64,000 nt of DNA from Escherichia coli (GTDB lineage: Bacteria > Pseudomonadota > Gammaproteobacteria > Enterobacterales > Enterobacteriaceae): the NCBI RefSeq assembly GCF_048403405.1, contig NZ_CP183129.1; one strand, written 5' to 3'. Within the stretch, counting starts at the first letter, position 1; each line of letters opens with the position of its first letter. The translations under genes were made by a program, and so were the position numbers. Shown here in pieces: positions 38,728 through 51,647 of this stretch. The notes under the pieces are model-generated. The model was not told the origin of the DNA. It ran no database searches and saw nothing but the letters and a program-made list of their open reading frames with translations.

Positions 38728-39699
38728 TTAACGATCGCGTTGAACAGCAATGTGCGCGAGGCCGATGAGTGCTTCTCGCCACGGGGTGTCCGGGAGCACC
38801 TGTAACGCTGCGATGGCTTTGTCTGCTTCTTCCTCGGCACGCTGACGCGTCCATTCAAGAGATCCACAAGCGTTCATTGCTTCCAGAACCGGTTCCAGAA
38901 GATGGCGACCGTTACCCTGTTCGATGGCGGTACGAATCATCTGTGCCTGTTCTGGTGTGCCATGATGCATTGCATGCAGCAGCGGCAGCGTCGGTTTACC
39001 TTCGTTCAGATCGTCGCCGACGTTTTTACCTAACTGTTCGCCATCGGCATTGTAATCGAGTAAATCGTCGATCAACTGGAAAGCAGTGCCGAGATAGCGC
39101 CCATAATCCTGCAGGCCTTTCTCCTCCTCCGGCGTACAGCCAGCCAGAATCCCGGAACACTGCGCGGCAGCCTCAAACAGACGCGCGGTTTTGCTATAGA
39201 TAACGCGCATGTAGTTTTCTTCAGTGATGTCCGGATCGTTAACGTTCATCAGTTGCAGAACTTCACCTTCTGCGATGACGTTTACGGCTTCTGACATGAC
39301 TTCCAGCACTTTGAGCGAGCCGAGGCTGGTCATCATCTGGAACGCGCGGGTATAAATAAAATCGCCTACCAGCACGCTGGCGGCATTGCCAAATGCGGCG
39401 TTGGCGGTAGCTTTACCCCTGCGCATATCTGATTCATCCACAACGTCGTCGTGCAGCAGAGTCGCCGTGTGGATAAACTCGATCAGGGCAGCAATGGTGA
39501 CATGCGCATTTCCCTCATAGCCAACAGCTCGTGCAGCCAGTACAGCAATCATCGGACGAATACGTTTACCGCCGCCGCTGACGATGTAATAGCCTAACTG
39601 ATTGATCAGTTGGACGTCGGAATTAAGCTGCTCAAGGATTGCCGCATTAACACCCGCCATATCTTGCGCGGTTAACTCATTGATTTTTTCTAAATTCAT
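38728..39699 (-). CDS. ispB: Octaprenyl diphosphate synthase
   Basis: 323-aa ORF with polyprenyl synthase DDxxD motifs (LLHDDVVDESD and LIDDLLD). Confidence 0.96.
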   Translation of the reverse strand: MNLEKINELTAQDMAGVNAAILEQLNSDVQLINQLGYYIVSGGGKRIRPMIAVLAARAVGYEGNAHVTIAALIEFIHTATLLHDDVVDESDMRRGKATANAAFGNAASVLVGDFIYTRAFQMMTSLGSLKVLEVMSEAVNVIAEGEVLQLMNVNDPDITEENYMRVIYSKTARLFEAAAQCSGILAGCTPEEEKGLQDYGRYLGTAFQLIDDLLDYNADGEQLGKNVGDDLNEGKPTLPLLHAMHHGTPEQAQMIRTAIEQGNGRHLLEPVLEAMNACGSLEWTRQRAEEEADKAIAALQVLPDTPWREALIGLAHIAVQRDR

Positions 39700-39921
39700 C
39701 GCAAAAGCCGGGCTTTTCGCCCCGATTACCTTACTGTGAACAAAGGCAACTTAGGGTTTATGGTTAGGAATATAGGGTGATTGTACTGAAAAAATGGCAC
39801 AGATAAACGTTACCGTACAAGTTGTGTTTTTTTTCTTCGTGTATTGACTGTAGCACTTGTCAAAGGCGTGCGTTTTGCGTAATATTCGCGCCCTATTGTG
39901 AATATTTATAGCGCACTCTGA

Positions 39922-40547
<626 letters not shown>

Positions 40548-40573
40548 GTTTTTCGCGTCCCGGTAACGGATGA

Positions 40574-40602
40574 AAGCCCCGCAACACGTTGCGGGGCTTT
40601 TT
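40574..40602 (+). terminator. Rho-independent terminator after rplU-rpmA
   Basis: aaagccccgcaacacgttgcggggcttttt: GC stem plus T-run. Confidence 0.8.
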
Positions 40603-40673
40603 ACATTCGATAACCGGTAAAAATGCGCATGGTGCGACGTTAATTCGCAAATGCGCTTTGCAGGGAATACGGT

Positions 40674-41639
40674 ATGAAGCAGCAGGCAGGCATTGGCATT
40701 CTTTTGGCGCTCACCACAGCAATTTGCTGGGGGGCGTTGCCAATCGCAATGAAGCAGGTGCTGGAGGTGATGGAACCTCCGACAATCGTGTTTTACCGTT
40801 TCTTGATGGCGAGTATTGGCCTTGGTGCCATTCTTGCGGTGAAGAAGAGGTTGCCGCCATTACGCGTGTTTCGTAAGCCACGCTGGTTGATTTTGTTGGC
40901 AGTGGCGACCGCCGGGCTGTTTGGTAACTTCATCCTGTTCAGCTCATCCTTGCAATACCTGAGTCCGACCGCTTCGCAGGTGATTGGGCAACTCTCGCCA
41001 GTTGGCATGATGGTTGCCAGCGTATTTATCCTGAAAGAGAAAATGCGCAGCACTCAGGTTGTAGGGGCATTGATGCTCCTGAGCGGTCTGGTGATGTTTT
41101 TTAACACCAGTCTGGTTGAGATATTTACAAAGCTCACCGATTACACCTGGGGAGTTATCTTTGGGGTCGGTGCGGCGACGGTTTGGGTGAGTTATGGCGT
41201 GGCGCAAAAGGTTTTATTGCGTCGGCTGGCCTCACCGCAGATCCTGTTTTTACTGTACACTTTATGTACAATTGCGCTCTTCCCTCTGGCAAAGCCTGGA
41301 GTGATAGCGCAGCTTAGCCACTGGCAGCTCGCATGTTTAATTTTTTGCGGACTGAATACCTTGGTAGGATATGGCGCCCTGGCGGAAGCGATGGCTCGCT
41401 GGCAGGCAGCGCAGGTGAGCGCGATCATCACGCTCACCCCACTGTTTACGCTGTTTTTTTCAGATCTTTTATCACTGGCCTGGCCCGATTTCTTCGCCAG
41501 ACCGATGTTAAACCTTTTAGGTTATCTCGGTGCGTTTGTCGTGGTTGCGGGCGCGATGTATTCCGCCATTGGTCATCGTATTTGGGGCGGATTACGTAAG
41601 CATACAACGGTGGTATCGCAACCCCGCGCAGGCGAATGA
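40674..41639 (+). CDS. yhbE: EamA/DMT-family inner membrane transporter YhbE
   Basis: 321-aa polytopic membrane ORF; recognised synteny between rpmA and obgE. Confidence 0.9.
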   Translation: MKQQAGIGILLALTTAICWGALPIAMKQVLEVMEPPTIVFYRFLMASIGLGAILAVKKRLPPLRVFRKPRWLILLAVATAGLFGNFILFSSSLQYLSPTASQVIGQLSPVGMMVASVFILKEKMRSTQVVGALMLLSGLVMFFNTSLVEIFTKLTDYTWGVIFGVGAATVWVSYGVAQKVLLRRLASPQILFLLYTLCTIALFPLAKPGVIAQLSHWQLACLIFCGLNTLVGYGALAEAMARWQAAQVSAIITLTPLFTLFFSDLLSLAWPDFFARPMLNLLGYLGAFVVVAGAMYSAIGHRIWGGLRKHTTVVSQPRAGE

Positions 41640-42827
<1,188 letters not shown>

Positions 42828-42832
42828 TCAGC

Positions 42833-42865
42833 AAAACCCCGGCCATGCGCCGGGGTTTCTTTTTG
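42833..42865. terminator. Bidirectional terminator between convergent obgE and dacB
   Basis: aaaaccccggccatgcgccggggtttctttttg: GC stem flanked by A-run and T-run. Confidence 0.8.
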
Positions 42866-42866
42866 A

Positions 42867-44300
42867 CTAATTGTTCTGATAAATATCTTTGTACAAACGG
42901 CTTTCAAAACGCACTAACGGAATACGGCGATTACGCTGATCCGCGGGTTCTACTGCATAGCCGGAAAGATATTGCACAAACGCCATTCGTTGCCCGCTCG
43001 CCGTGGTAATGAATCCCGCCAGGTTATATACCCCCTGCAACGAGCCGGTTTTCGCTGAGACTTTGCCATCCACGCCCGCCTGATGCAGACCTGCACGGTA
43101 CTGCAAAGAGCCGTCATAGCCCGCCAGCGGCAGCATAGAGATAAAGTTAAGTTCATTGTCGTGTTGGGCTATGTATTGCAGCACCTGCATCATGGTGGCG
43201 GGGGCAATCAGGTTATGCCGCGAAAGCCCTGAACCATCGGCAATAATGGTGTTACCAATATCGACACCGGCTTGCTGGCGCAGGATCTGACGCACGGCGT
43301 CCGACCCGGCCCGCCATGTTCCAGGCACATTGAAGCGCGCATGGCCGATCATGCGGAAAACCGTATCGGCAATCATGTTGTCCGACTTTTTCAGCATAAT
43401 CTTAAGCAGATCGTGCAGCGGGGCCGACTGTTTACTGGCAACTACCGCTCCAGGTTCGTTAACCTGCGTCTGACGCAGCAGTGTTCCGCTCCAGGTGATA
43501 CCTGCCTGTTTTAACTCATCTTTCAGAATTGCTCCGGCATAGCTGGCTCCATCCTGCACGGCAAAAGCCAACGGGAGCGGCTCAGAACGTTGTGGCAGGC
43601 ATCCGGTCAGCGTAAAGCGGTTCAGGTCGCCTGGCACCACATCCAGCTCGCAATATTGCGCTTCGGCAGAACCACGGGGGAGGGTGCGTACCTGGCTGAA
43701 CATCGTAACGGGGTAATAAGATGCCACGCGTATAAAAGCCATATCACCAGGTTTTGGGGCACTGTAGAGCGAGACGGAGAAACAGTTGCGGTCAACTATG
43801 GCGGCAGCAGGCGGAGCGCTAAAGCATTGTGTCATGTCATTCCATGGCCAGCCGGGGGCTTTATCGTGGCTGGCGAAAATGGAGGTATCTATCAACACAT
43901 TGCCATCGATTTGGTTGACGCCAGATTTTTTCAAAGTCGCGACCATATTGCGAATATCCTGACGTTTTAACGTCGGATCGGCACCAAATCGCGCCACTAA
44001 GTCACCCTTAAGTACGCCGTTTTCCACATTACCTTTGGTTTCAAGCGTCGTGGTAAAACGAAAATCGGGGCCGAGTTGAATCAACGCCGCCAGTGCAGTA
44101 ATCACTTTCTGCGTACTGGCGGGCAGCGCCATCTGCTGACTGTGGTAATCAATAGCGGGGGCCGACGCGCCGACTTTTTGCACCATCAGGGCAAGGTTGG
44201 CACCAGCGGGGAGTTGAGTAATGTACTCATCAACATTTGCGGCCTGAATACTGAACGCTATACAGCTGGTCAATCCGATGATAAATCTGGAAAATCGCAT
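42867..44300 (-). CDS. dacB: D-alanyl-D-alanine carboxypeptidase/endopeptidase PBP4
   Basis: 477-aa ORF with signal peptide and SxxK active site (ASTQKVIT), SDN and KTG motifs. Confidence 0.95.
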   Translation of the reverse strand: MRFSRFIIGLTSCIAFSIQAANVDEYITQLPAGANLALMVQKVGASAPAIDYHSQQMALPASTQKVITALAALIQLGPDFRFTTTLETKGNVENGVLKGDLVARFGADPTLKRQDIRNMVATLKKSGVNQIDGNVLIDTSIFASHDKAPGWPWNDMTQCFSAPPAAAIVDRNCFSVSLYSAPKPGDMAFIRVASYYPVTMFSQVRTLPRGSAEAQYCELDVVPGDLNRFTLTGCLPQRSEPLPLAFAVQDGASYAGAILKDELKQAGITWSGTLLRQTQVNEPGAVVASKQSAPLHDLLKIMLKKSDNMIADTVFRMIGHARFNVPGTWRAGSDAVRQILRQQAGVDIGNTIIADGSGLSRHNLIAPATMMQVLQYIAQHDNELNFISMLPLAGYDGSLQYRAGLHQAGVDGKVSAKTGSLQGVYNLAGFITTASGQRMAFVQYLSGYAVEPADQRNRRIPLVRFESRLYKDIYQNN

Positions 44301-44547
44301 AATCTCGCGCTAACAACCTGGAATCGAGCCGTCATACTACGGCGCAACGCCCTATAAAGTAAACGATGACCCTTCGGGAACTTCAGGGTAAAATGACTAT
44401 CAAAATGTGAATTGTAGCTGACCTGGGACTTGTACCCGGGTCGGTATTTTTTTGCTTCTGGTCCCGGTGAGGAGTTATGCCGGGCAGGCCGAACAGCCGG
44501 GGTGGGTGAAGACTTGCCCCATCAGGAATATTCAAGAGGTATAACAA

Positions 44548-45024
<477 letters not shown>

Positions 45025-45067
45025 GAATTACCCAATACTCAAGATGTTGATGTATTGTAAAGAAAGG

Positions 45068-45094
45068 AAAAAGGCCGCTATGCGGCCTTTTATC
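45068..45094 (+). terminator. Rho-independent terminator after greA
   Basis: aaaaaggccgctatgcggcctttta: GC stem plus T-rich tail. Confidence 0.75.
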
Positions 45095-45179
45095 AACGAA
45101 CAGAGCGTGGCATTTTGCTCTCCTGCCTGCGGAAAACCCCTCGTTTTACACAGCAAATGTGTGTAACTTTAGGATAATC

Positions 45180-45473
45180 TTAGCGTGGCAGCGAGATTTT
45201 ACGTTCTTTAGTTGGGCGATAAAGCACCAGCGTTTTACCGATGACCTGTACATTACAGGCGCCGGTTTCGCGCACGATAGCTTCCACGATCAAGGTTTTA
45301 GTTTCGCGATCTTCGGTGGCGATTTTCACCTTGATGAGTTCATGGTGCTCTAACGCTTGTTCAATCTCGGCCAGCACCCCTTCGGTCAAACCATTACTGC
45401 CAAGCAGAACAACTGGCTTGAGCGGATGTGCCAGACCTTTCAGGTGCTGTTTTTGTTTAGTACTCAGATTCAT
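45180..45473 (-). CDS. yhbY: CRS1/YhbY RNA-binding protein (ribosome assembly factor)
   Basis: 97-aa ORF MNLSTKQKQHLKGLAHPLKPVVLLGSNGLTEGV... Confidence 0.93.
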   Translation of the reverse strand: MNLSTKQKQHLKGLAHPLKPVVLLGSNGLTEGVLAEIEQALEHHELIKVKIATEDRETKTLIVEAIVRETGACNVQVIGKTLVLYRPTKERKISLPR

Positions 45474-45598
45474 CGTATTTTTTGCTTACGTTGGGATTGA
45501 AAACGGATCATTCTACCGCCATCTCCCATATATCACCAAATAGGCGCGTAAAAATTTACGCAATTGGTTACGATGAGTTATCCCAATGGGAAAGTTAA

Positions 45599-46228
45599 AT
45601 GACAGGTAAGAAGCGTTCTGCCAGCTCCAGCCGCTGGCTTCAGGAACACTTTAGCGATAAATATGTTCAACAGGCACAGAAAAAGGGGTTACGTTCCCGT
45701 GCCTGGTTTAAACTTGATGAAATACAGCAAAGTGACAAACTCTTTAAACCGGGAATGACGGTTGTCGACCTTGGTGCTGCGCCGGGTGGTTGGTCACAAT
45801 ATGTGGTCACCCAAATTGGCGGCAAAGGCCGTATCATCGCTTGCGATCTTTTACCTATGGATCCTATCGTTGGTGTGGACTTTCTTCAGGGCGATTTTCG
45901 TGATGAACTGGTGATGAAAGCACTGCTGGAGCGCGTTGGCGACAGCAAAGTCCAGGTTGTCATGTCCGATATGGCACCAAACATGAGCGGAACACCGGCG
46001 GTGGATATCCCCCGTGCCATGTATCTGGTGGAACTGGCGCTAGAAATGTGTCGTGATGTATTAGCGCCAGGTGGCAGTTTTGTAGTGAAGGTGTTCCAGG
46101 GCGAAGGTTTCGATGAGTATCTAAGGGAAATTCGCTCCCTGTTTACGAAGGTCAAAGTTCGTAAGCCGGACTCTTCTCGCGCACGTTCGCGGGAAGTGTA
46201 TATTGTAGCGACCGGGCGTAAACCCTAA
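45599..46228 (+). CDS. rlmE: 23S rRNA 2'-O-ribose U2552 methyltransferase
   Basis: 209-aa ORF with SAM-binding motif [14 protein letters not shown]; divergent from yhbY and upstream of ftsH. Confidence 0.96.
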
Positions 46229-46327
46229 CCGGGAGATTTCAGACGAAAGTTTGAAAGATGCTGGATATAGAGTATCCTGACGCTGTTTTTAACACAGTTG
46301 TAATAAGAGGTTAATCCCTTGAGTGAC

Positions 46328-48262
46328 ATGGCGAAAAACCTAATACTCTGGCTGGTCATTGCCGTTGTGCTGATGTCAGTATTCCAGAGCTTTGGGCCCA
46401 GCGAGTCTAATGGCCGTAAGGTGGATTACTCTACCTTCCTACAAGAGGTCAATAACGACCAGGTTCGTGAAGCGCGTATCAACGGACGTGAAATCAACGT
46501 TACCAAGAAAGATAGTAACCGTTATACCACTTACATTCCGGTTCAGGATCCGAAATTACTGGATAACCTGTTGACCAAGAACGTCAAGGTTGTCGGTGAA
46601 CCGCCTGAAGAACCAAGCCTGCTGGCTTCTATCTTCATCTCCTGGTTCCCGATGCTGTTGCTGATTGGTGTCTGGATCTTCTTCATGCGTCAAATGCAGG
46701 GCGGCGGTGGCAAAGGTGCCATGTCGTTTGGTAAGAGCAAAGCGCGCATGCTGACGGAAGATCAGATCAAAACGACCTTTGCTGACGTTGCGGGCTGCGA
46801 CGAAGCAAAAGAAGAAGTTGCTGAACTGGTTGAGTATCTGCGCGAGCCGAGCCGCTTCCAGAAACTCGGCGGTAAGATCCCGAAAGGCGTCCTGATGGTC
46901 GGTCCTCCGGGTACCGGTAAAACGCTGCTGGCGAAAGCGATTGCAGGCGAAGCGAAAGTTCCGTTCTTTACTATCTCCGGTTCTGACTTCGTCGAAATGT
47001 TCGTCGGTGTGGGTGCATCCCGTGTTCGTGACATGTTCGAACAGGCGAAGAAAGCGGCACCGTGTATCATCTTTATCGATGAAATCGACGCCGTAGGCCG
47101 CCAGCGTGGCGCAGGCCTGGGCGGTGGTCACGATGAACGTGAACAGACTCTGAACCAGATGCTGGTTGAGATGGATGGCTTCGAAGGTAACGAAGGTATC
47201 ATCGTTATCGCCGCGACTAACCGTCCGGACGTTCTTGACCCGGCGCTGCTGCGTCCTGGCCGTTTCGACCGTCAGGTTGTGGTTGGCTTGCCAGATGTTC
47301 GCGGTCGTGAGCAGATCCTGAAAGTTCACATGCGTCGCGTACCATTGGCACCCGATATCGACGCGGCAATCATTGCCCGTGGTACTCCTGGTTTCTCCGG
47401 TGCTGACCTGGCGAACCTGGTGAACGAAGCGGCACTGTTCGCTGCTCGTGGCAACAAACGCGTTGTGTCGATGGTTGAGTTCGAGAAAGCGAAAGACAAA
47501 ATCATGATGGGTGCGGAACGTCGCTCCATGGTGATGACGGAAGCGCAGAAAGAATCGACGGCTTACCACGAAGCGGGTCACGCGATTATCGGTCGCCTGG
47601 TGCCGGAACACGATCCGGTGCACAAAGTGACGATTATCCCACGCGGTCGTGCGCTGGGTGTAACTTTCTTCTTGCCTGAGGGCGACGCAATCAGCGCCAG
47701 CCGTCAGAAACTGGAAAGCCAGATTTCTACGCTGTACGGTGGTCGTCTGGCAGAAGAGATCATCTACGGGCCGGAACATGTTTCTACCGGTGCGTCCAAC
47801 GATATTAAAGTTGCGACCAACCTGGCACGTAACATGGTGACTCAGTGGGGCTTCTCTGAGAAATTGGGGCCACTGCTGTACGCGGAAGAAGAAGGTGAAG
47901 TGTTCCTCGGCCGTAGCGTAGCGAAAGCGAAACATATGTCTGATGAAACTGCACGTATCATCGACCAGGAAGTGAAAGCACTGATTGAGCGTAACTATAA
48001 TCGTGCGCGTCAGCTTCTGACCGACAATATGGATATTCTGCATGCGATGAAAGATGCTCTCATGAAATATGAGACTATCGACGCACCGCAGATTGATGAC
48101 CTGATGGCACGTCGCGATGTACGTCCGCCAGCGGGCTGGGAAGAACCAGGCGCTTCTAACAATTCTGGCGACAATGGTAGTCCAAAGGCTCCTCGTCCGG
48201 TTGATGAACCGCGTACGCCGAACCCGGGTAACACCATGTCAGAGCAGTTAGGCGACAAATAA
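46328..48262 (+). CDS. ftsH: ATP-dependent zinc metalloprotease FtsH
   Basis: ATG at 46328 gives 644 aa [20 protein letters not shown]...; AAA Walker A GPPGTGKT and zinc motif HEAGH. Confidence 0.97.
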
Positions 48263-48293
48263 GTTCCCGCATCAGATGACTGTATTTGTACCG

Positions 48294-48326
48294 AAAACCC
48301 CGGGGCGTGCTCCGGGGTTTTTTCTT
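48294..48326 (+). terminator. Rho-independent terminator after ftsH (likely partial, folP follows)
   Basis: aaaaccccggggcgtgctccggggttttttctt: GC stem plus T-run. Confidence 0.75.
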
Positions 48327-48351
48327 ATCAATTCATACCAGGGATAACACC

Positions 48352-49200
48352 ATGAAACTCTTTGCCCAGGGCACTTCACTGGACCTTAGCCATCCTCACG
48401 TAATGGGGATCCTCAACGTCACGCCTGATTCCTTTTCGGATGGCGGCACGCATAACTCGCTGATAGATGCGGTGAAACATGCGAATCTGATGATCAACGC
48501 TGGCGCGACGATCATTGACGTTGGTGGCGAGTCCACACGCCCGGGGGCGGCGGAAGTTAGCGTTGAAGAAGAGTTGCAACGTGTTATTCCTGTGGTTGAG
48601 GCAATTGCTCAACGCTTCGAAGTCTGGATCTCGGTCGATACATCCAAACCAGAAGTCATCCGTGAGTCAGCGAAAGTTGGCGCTCACATTATTAACGATA
48701 TTCGCTCCCTTTCCGAACCAGGCGCTCTGGAGGCTGCTGCAGAAACCGGTTTGCCGGTTTGCCTGATGCATATGCAGGGAAATCCAAAGACCATGCAGGA
48801 AGCCCCGAAGTATGACGATGTCTTTGCGGAAGTGAATCGCTATTTTATTGAGCAAATAGCACGTTGCGAGCAGGCGGGTATCGCAAAAGAGAAATTGTTG
48901 CTCGACCCCGGATTCGGTTTCGGTAAAAATCTCTCCCATAACTATTCATTACTGGCGCGCCTGGCTGAATTTCACCATTTCAACCTGCCGCTGTTGGTGG
49001 GTATGTCACGAAAATCGATGATTGGGCAGCTGCTGAACGTGGGGCCGTCCGAGCGTCTGAGCGGTAGTCTGGCTTGTGCGGTCATTGCCGCTATGCAAGG
49101 CGCGCATATCATTCGTGTTCATGACGTCAAAGAAACCGTAGAAGCGATGCGGGTGGTGGAAGCCACTCTGTCTGCAAAGGAAAACAAACGCTATGAGTAA
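48352..49200 (+). CDS. folP: Dihydropteroate synthase
   Basis: ATG at 48352 gives 282 aa [32 protein letters not shown]...; ORF track start 48286 is an upstream extension. Confidence 0.95.
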
Positions 49201-50530
49201 TCGTAAATATTTCGGTACCGATGGGATTCGTGGTCGTGTAGGGGATGCGCCGATCACCCCTGATTTTGTGCTTAAGCTGGGTTGGGCCGCGGGTAAAGTG
49301 CTGGCGCGCCACGGCTCCCGTAAGATCATTATTGGTAAAGACACACGTATTTCTGGCTATATGCTGGAGTCAGCACTGGAAGCGGGTCTGGCGGCTGCCG
49401 GTCTTTCCGCGCTCTTCACTGGCCCGATGCCAACACCGGCCGTGGCTTATCTGACGCGGACTTTCCGCGCAGAGGCTGGGATTGTGATATCTGCATCGCA
49501 TAACCCGTTCTACGATAATGGCATTAAATTTTTCTCTATCGACGGCACCAAACTACCGGATGCAGTAGAAGAGGCCATCGAAGCGGAAATGGAAAAAGAG
49601 ATCAGCTGTGTTGATTCGGCAGAACTGGGTAAAGCCAGCCGTATCGTTGATGCTGCGGGTCGCTATATCGAGTTTTGCAAAGCCACGTTCCCAAACGAAC
49701 TTAGCCTCAGTGAACTGAAGATTGTGGTGGATTGTGCAAACGGTGCGACTTATCACATCGCGCCGAACGTGCTGCGTGAACTGGGAGCGAACGTTATCGC
49801 TATCGGTTGTGAGCCGAACGGTGTAAACATCAATGCCGAAGTGGGGGCTACCGACGTTCGCGCGCTCCAGGCCCGTGTGCTGGCTGAAAAAGCGGATCTC
49901 GGTATTGCCTTTGACGGCGACGGCGATCGCGTGATTATGGTTGACCATGAAGGCAATAAAGTCGATGGCGATCAGATCATGTATATCATCGCGCGTGAAG
50001 GTCTTCGTCAGGGCCAGCTGCGTGGTGGCGCTGTGGGTACATTGATGAGCAACATGGGGCTTGAACTGGCGCTGAAACAGTTAGGTATTCCATTTGCGCG
50101 CGCGAAAGTGGGTGACCGCTACGTACTGGAAAAAATGCAGGAGAAAGGCTGGCGTATCGGTGCAGAGAACTCCGGTCATGTGATCCTGCTGGATAAAACC
50201 ACTACCGGTGACGGTATCGTTGCTGGCTTGCAGGTGTTGGCGGCGATGGCGCGTAACCATATGAGCCTGCACGACCTTTGCAGCGGCATGAAAATGTTCC
50301 CGCAGATTCTGGTTAACGTGCGTTACACCGCAGGTAGCGGCGATCCGCTGGAGCATGAATCAGTCAAAGCTGTGACCGCAGAAGTTGAAGCGGCGCTGGG
50401 TAGCCGTGGACGTGTGCTGTTGCGTAAATCCGGCACCGAACCGTTAATTCGCGTGATGGTGGAAGGCGAAGACGAAGCGCAGGTGACTGAATTTGCACAC
50501 CGCATCGCCGATGCAGTAAAAGCCGTTTAA
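49193..50530 (+). CDS. glmM: Phosphoglucosamine mutase
   Basis: 445-aa [20 protein letters not shown]... with active-site serine motif SASHNP; overlaps folP stop. Confidence 0.97.
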   Translation: MSNRKYFGTDGIRGRVGDAPITPDFVLKLGWAAGKVLARHGSRKIIIGKDTRISGYMLESALEAGLAAAGLSALFTGPMPTPAVAYLTRTFRAEAGIVISASHNPFYDNGIKFFSIDGTKLPDAVEEAIEAEMEKEISCVDSAELGKASRIVDAAGRYIEFCKATFPNELSLSELKIVVDCANGATYHIAPNVLRELGANVIAIGCEPNGVNINAEVGATDVRALQARVLAEKADLGIAFDGDGDRVIMVDHEGNKVDGDQIMYIIAREGLRQGQLRGGAVGTLMSNMGLELALKQLGIPFARAKVGDRYVLEKMQEKGWRIGAENSGHVILLDKTTTGDGIVAGLQVLAAMARNHMSLHDLCSGMKMFPQILVNVRYTAGSGDPLEHESVKAVTAEVEAALGSRGRVLLRKSGTEPLIRVMVEGEDEAQVTEFAHRIADAVKAV

Positions 50531-50548
50531 AGCGTTAGATAACTGGCT

Positions 50549-50576
50549 AAAAAGGCGGCGATTGTCGCCTTTTTTC
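50549..50576 (+). terminator. Rho-independent terminator after glmM
   Basis: aaaaaggcggcgattgtcgcctttttt. Confidence 0.8.
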
Positions 50577-50757
50577 TCGGCGAACACATCGGTTTTGCTG
50601 TTTTTTTCCGCAGTTGATACAATGCGATAAAATTGCCCTTGCGAAGGTCATTCGCTTTGGTTAGTATTCACACCCGCTTCAGTGGGAAAGATTAAAAACT
50701 CCCGCTTTATTGGTTGAAGCATTGGTACGCGGCAACTCCGCAAGGAACAGGTTGATT

Positions 50758-51090
50758 ATGTACGAAGCTCTTTTGGTAGTTTTCCTTATTGTGGCAATTG
50801 GCCTTGTTGGTCTGATCATGCTGCAGCAAGGTAAAGGCGCTGATATGGGAGCCTCCTTCGGAGCAGGCGCTTCCGCTACGCTGTTTGGTTCAAGTGGTTC
50901 TGGTAACTTCATGACCCGCATGACGGCGCTGCTGGCAACGTTATTCTTCATCATCAGTCTGGTACTGGGTAACATCAATAGCAACAAAACCAATAAAGGT
51001 AGCGAATGGGAAAACCTGAGTGCGCCGGCCAAAACCGAACAAACTCAGCCAGCTGCTCCGGCTAAGCCGACCAGCGATATCCCGAACTAA
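50758..51090 (+). CDS. secG: Protein-export membrane protein SecG
   Basis: ATG at 50758 gives 110 aa MYEALLVVFLIVAIGLVGLIMLQQGKGADMGASFG...; the ORF track start 50710 is an upstream extension. Confidence 0.95.
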   Translation: MYEALLVVFLIVAIGLVGLIMLQQGKGADMGASFGAGASATLFGSSGSGNFMTRMTALLATLFFIISLVLGNINSNKTNKGSEWENLSAPAKTEQTQPAAPAKPTSDIPN

Positions 51091-51104
51091 AAAGTAGTAT
51101 CCGT

Positions 51105-51191
51105 GCCGAGGTGGTGGAATTGGTAGACACGCTACCTTGAGGTGGTAGTGCCCAATAGGGCTTACGGGTTCAAGTCCCGTCCTCGGTACCA
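51105..51191 (+). tRNA. leuU: tRNA-Leu (anticodon GAG)
   Basis: 87-nt sequence GCCGAGGTGGTGGAATTGGTAGACACGCTACCTTGAGGTGGTAGTGCCCAATAGGGCTTACGGGTTCAAGTCCCGTCCTCGGTACCA with long variable arm and CCA end; 15 bp after secG. Confidence 0.95.
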
Positions 51192-51199
51192 AATTCCAG

Positions 51200-51234
51200 A
51201 AAAGAGACGCTGAAAAGCGTCTTTTTTCGTTTTG
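51200..51234 (+). terminator. Rho-independent terminator after secG-leuU
   Basis: aaaagagacgctgaaaagcgtcttttttcgtttt. Confidence 0.85.
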
Positions 51235-51647
51235 GTCCTGATCTGAGGAATGGTTGTCAGGTATCTGTATCTCGTCCAGTTGCTTTACTCGTAGCTGGTA
51301 CTTTGAAACGATGGTGCCGGTACGCCTTAGTTATAAACTTTTCCCTTCTGCTGACATAATTGGCACTTTATTGTGTCAACTCCAGTTCCGGTACGAATAC
51401 GGATATGTTTACTTCTCGATAAACCATCCTGCTCCTGTCAGTATAACTACTGATGGCTACGTTCTGCGTAATGTTTAGAGACGCATTGATAATGTTATTT
51501 AATTACTGAGAACAATGGCCGCATCATTTAAAAAGAAAAAACTAACAGTGTTTCGGTCTGATATGGATCAGAGTTGAAAAACATGTCTGATATAAAATTG
51601 AACATTGTTGATAATTGTTTATATTGGTTGTGAACTTGGATTTCTGG

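Noticed and set aside
46556-48043. 495-aa ORF antisense to ftsH; similar long antisense ORFs at 62064..63908 (pnp), 55921..57390 (nusA), 58603..59622 (infB), 35530..36165 (mlaC) and 13678..14334 (gltD/gltB)
   Set aside because: Each lies entirely opposite a confidently recognised, highly conserved gene, with no ribosome-binding site or recognisable protein features. Long antisense ORFs are a common artefact of codon bias in GC-rich, highly expressed genes.
51254-51478. 74-aa ORF in the leuU-yhbX spacer
   Set aside because: Low-complexity translation with no obvious RBS, in an AT-rich promoter-like region; no feature suggests it is a real gene.
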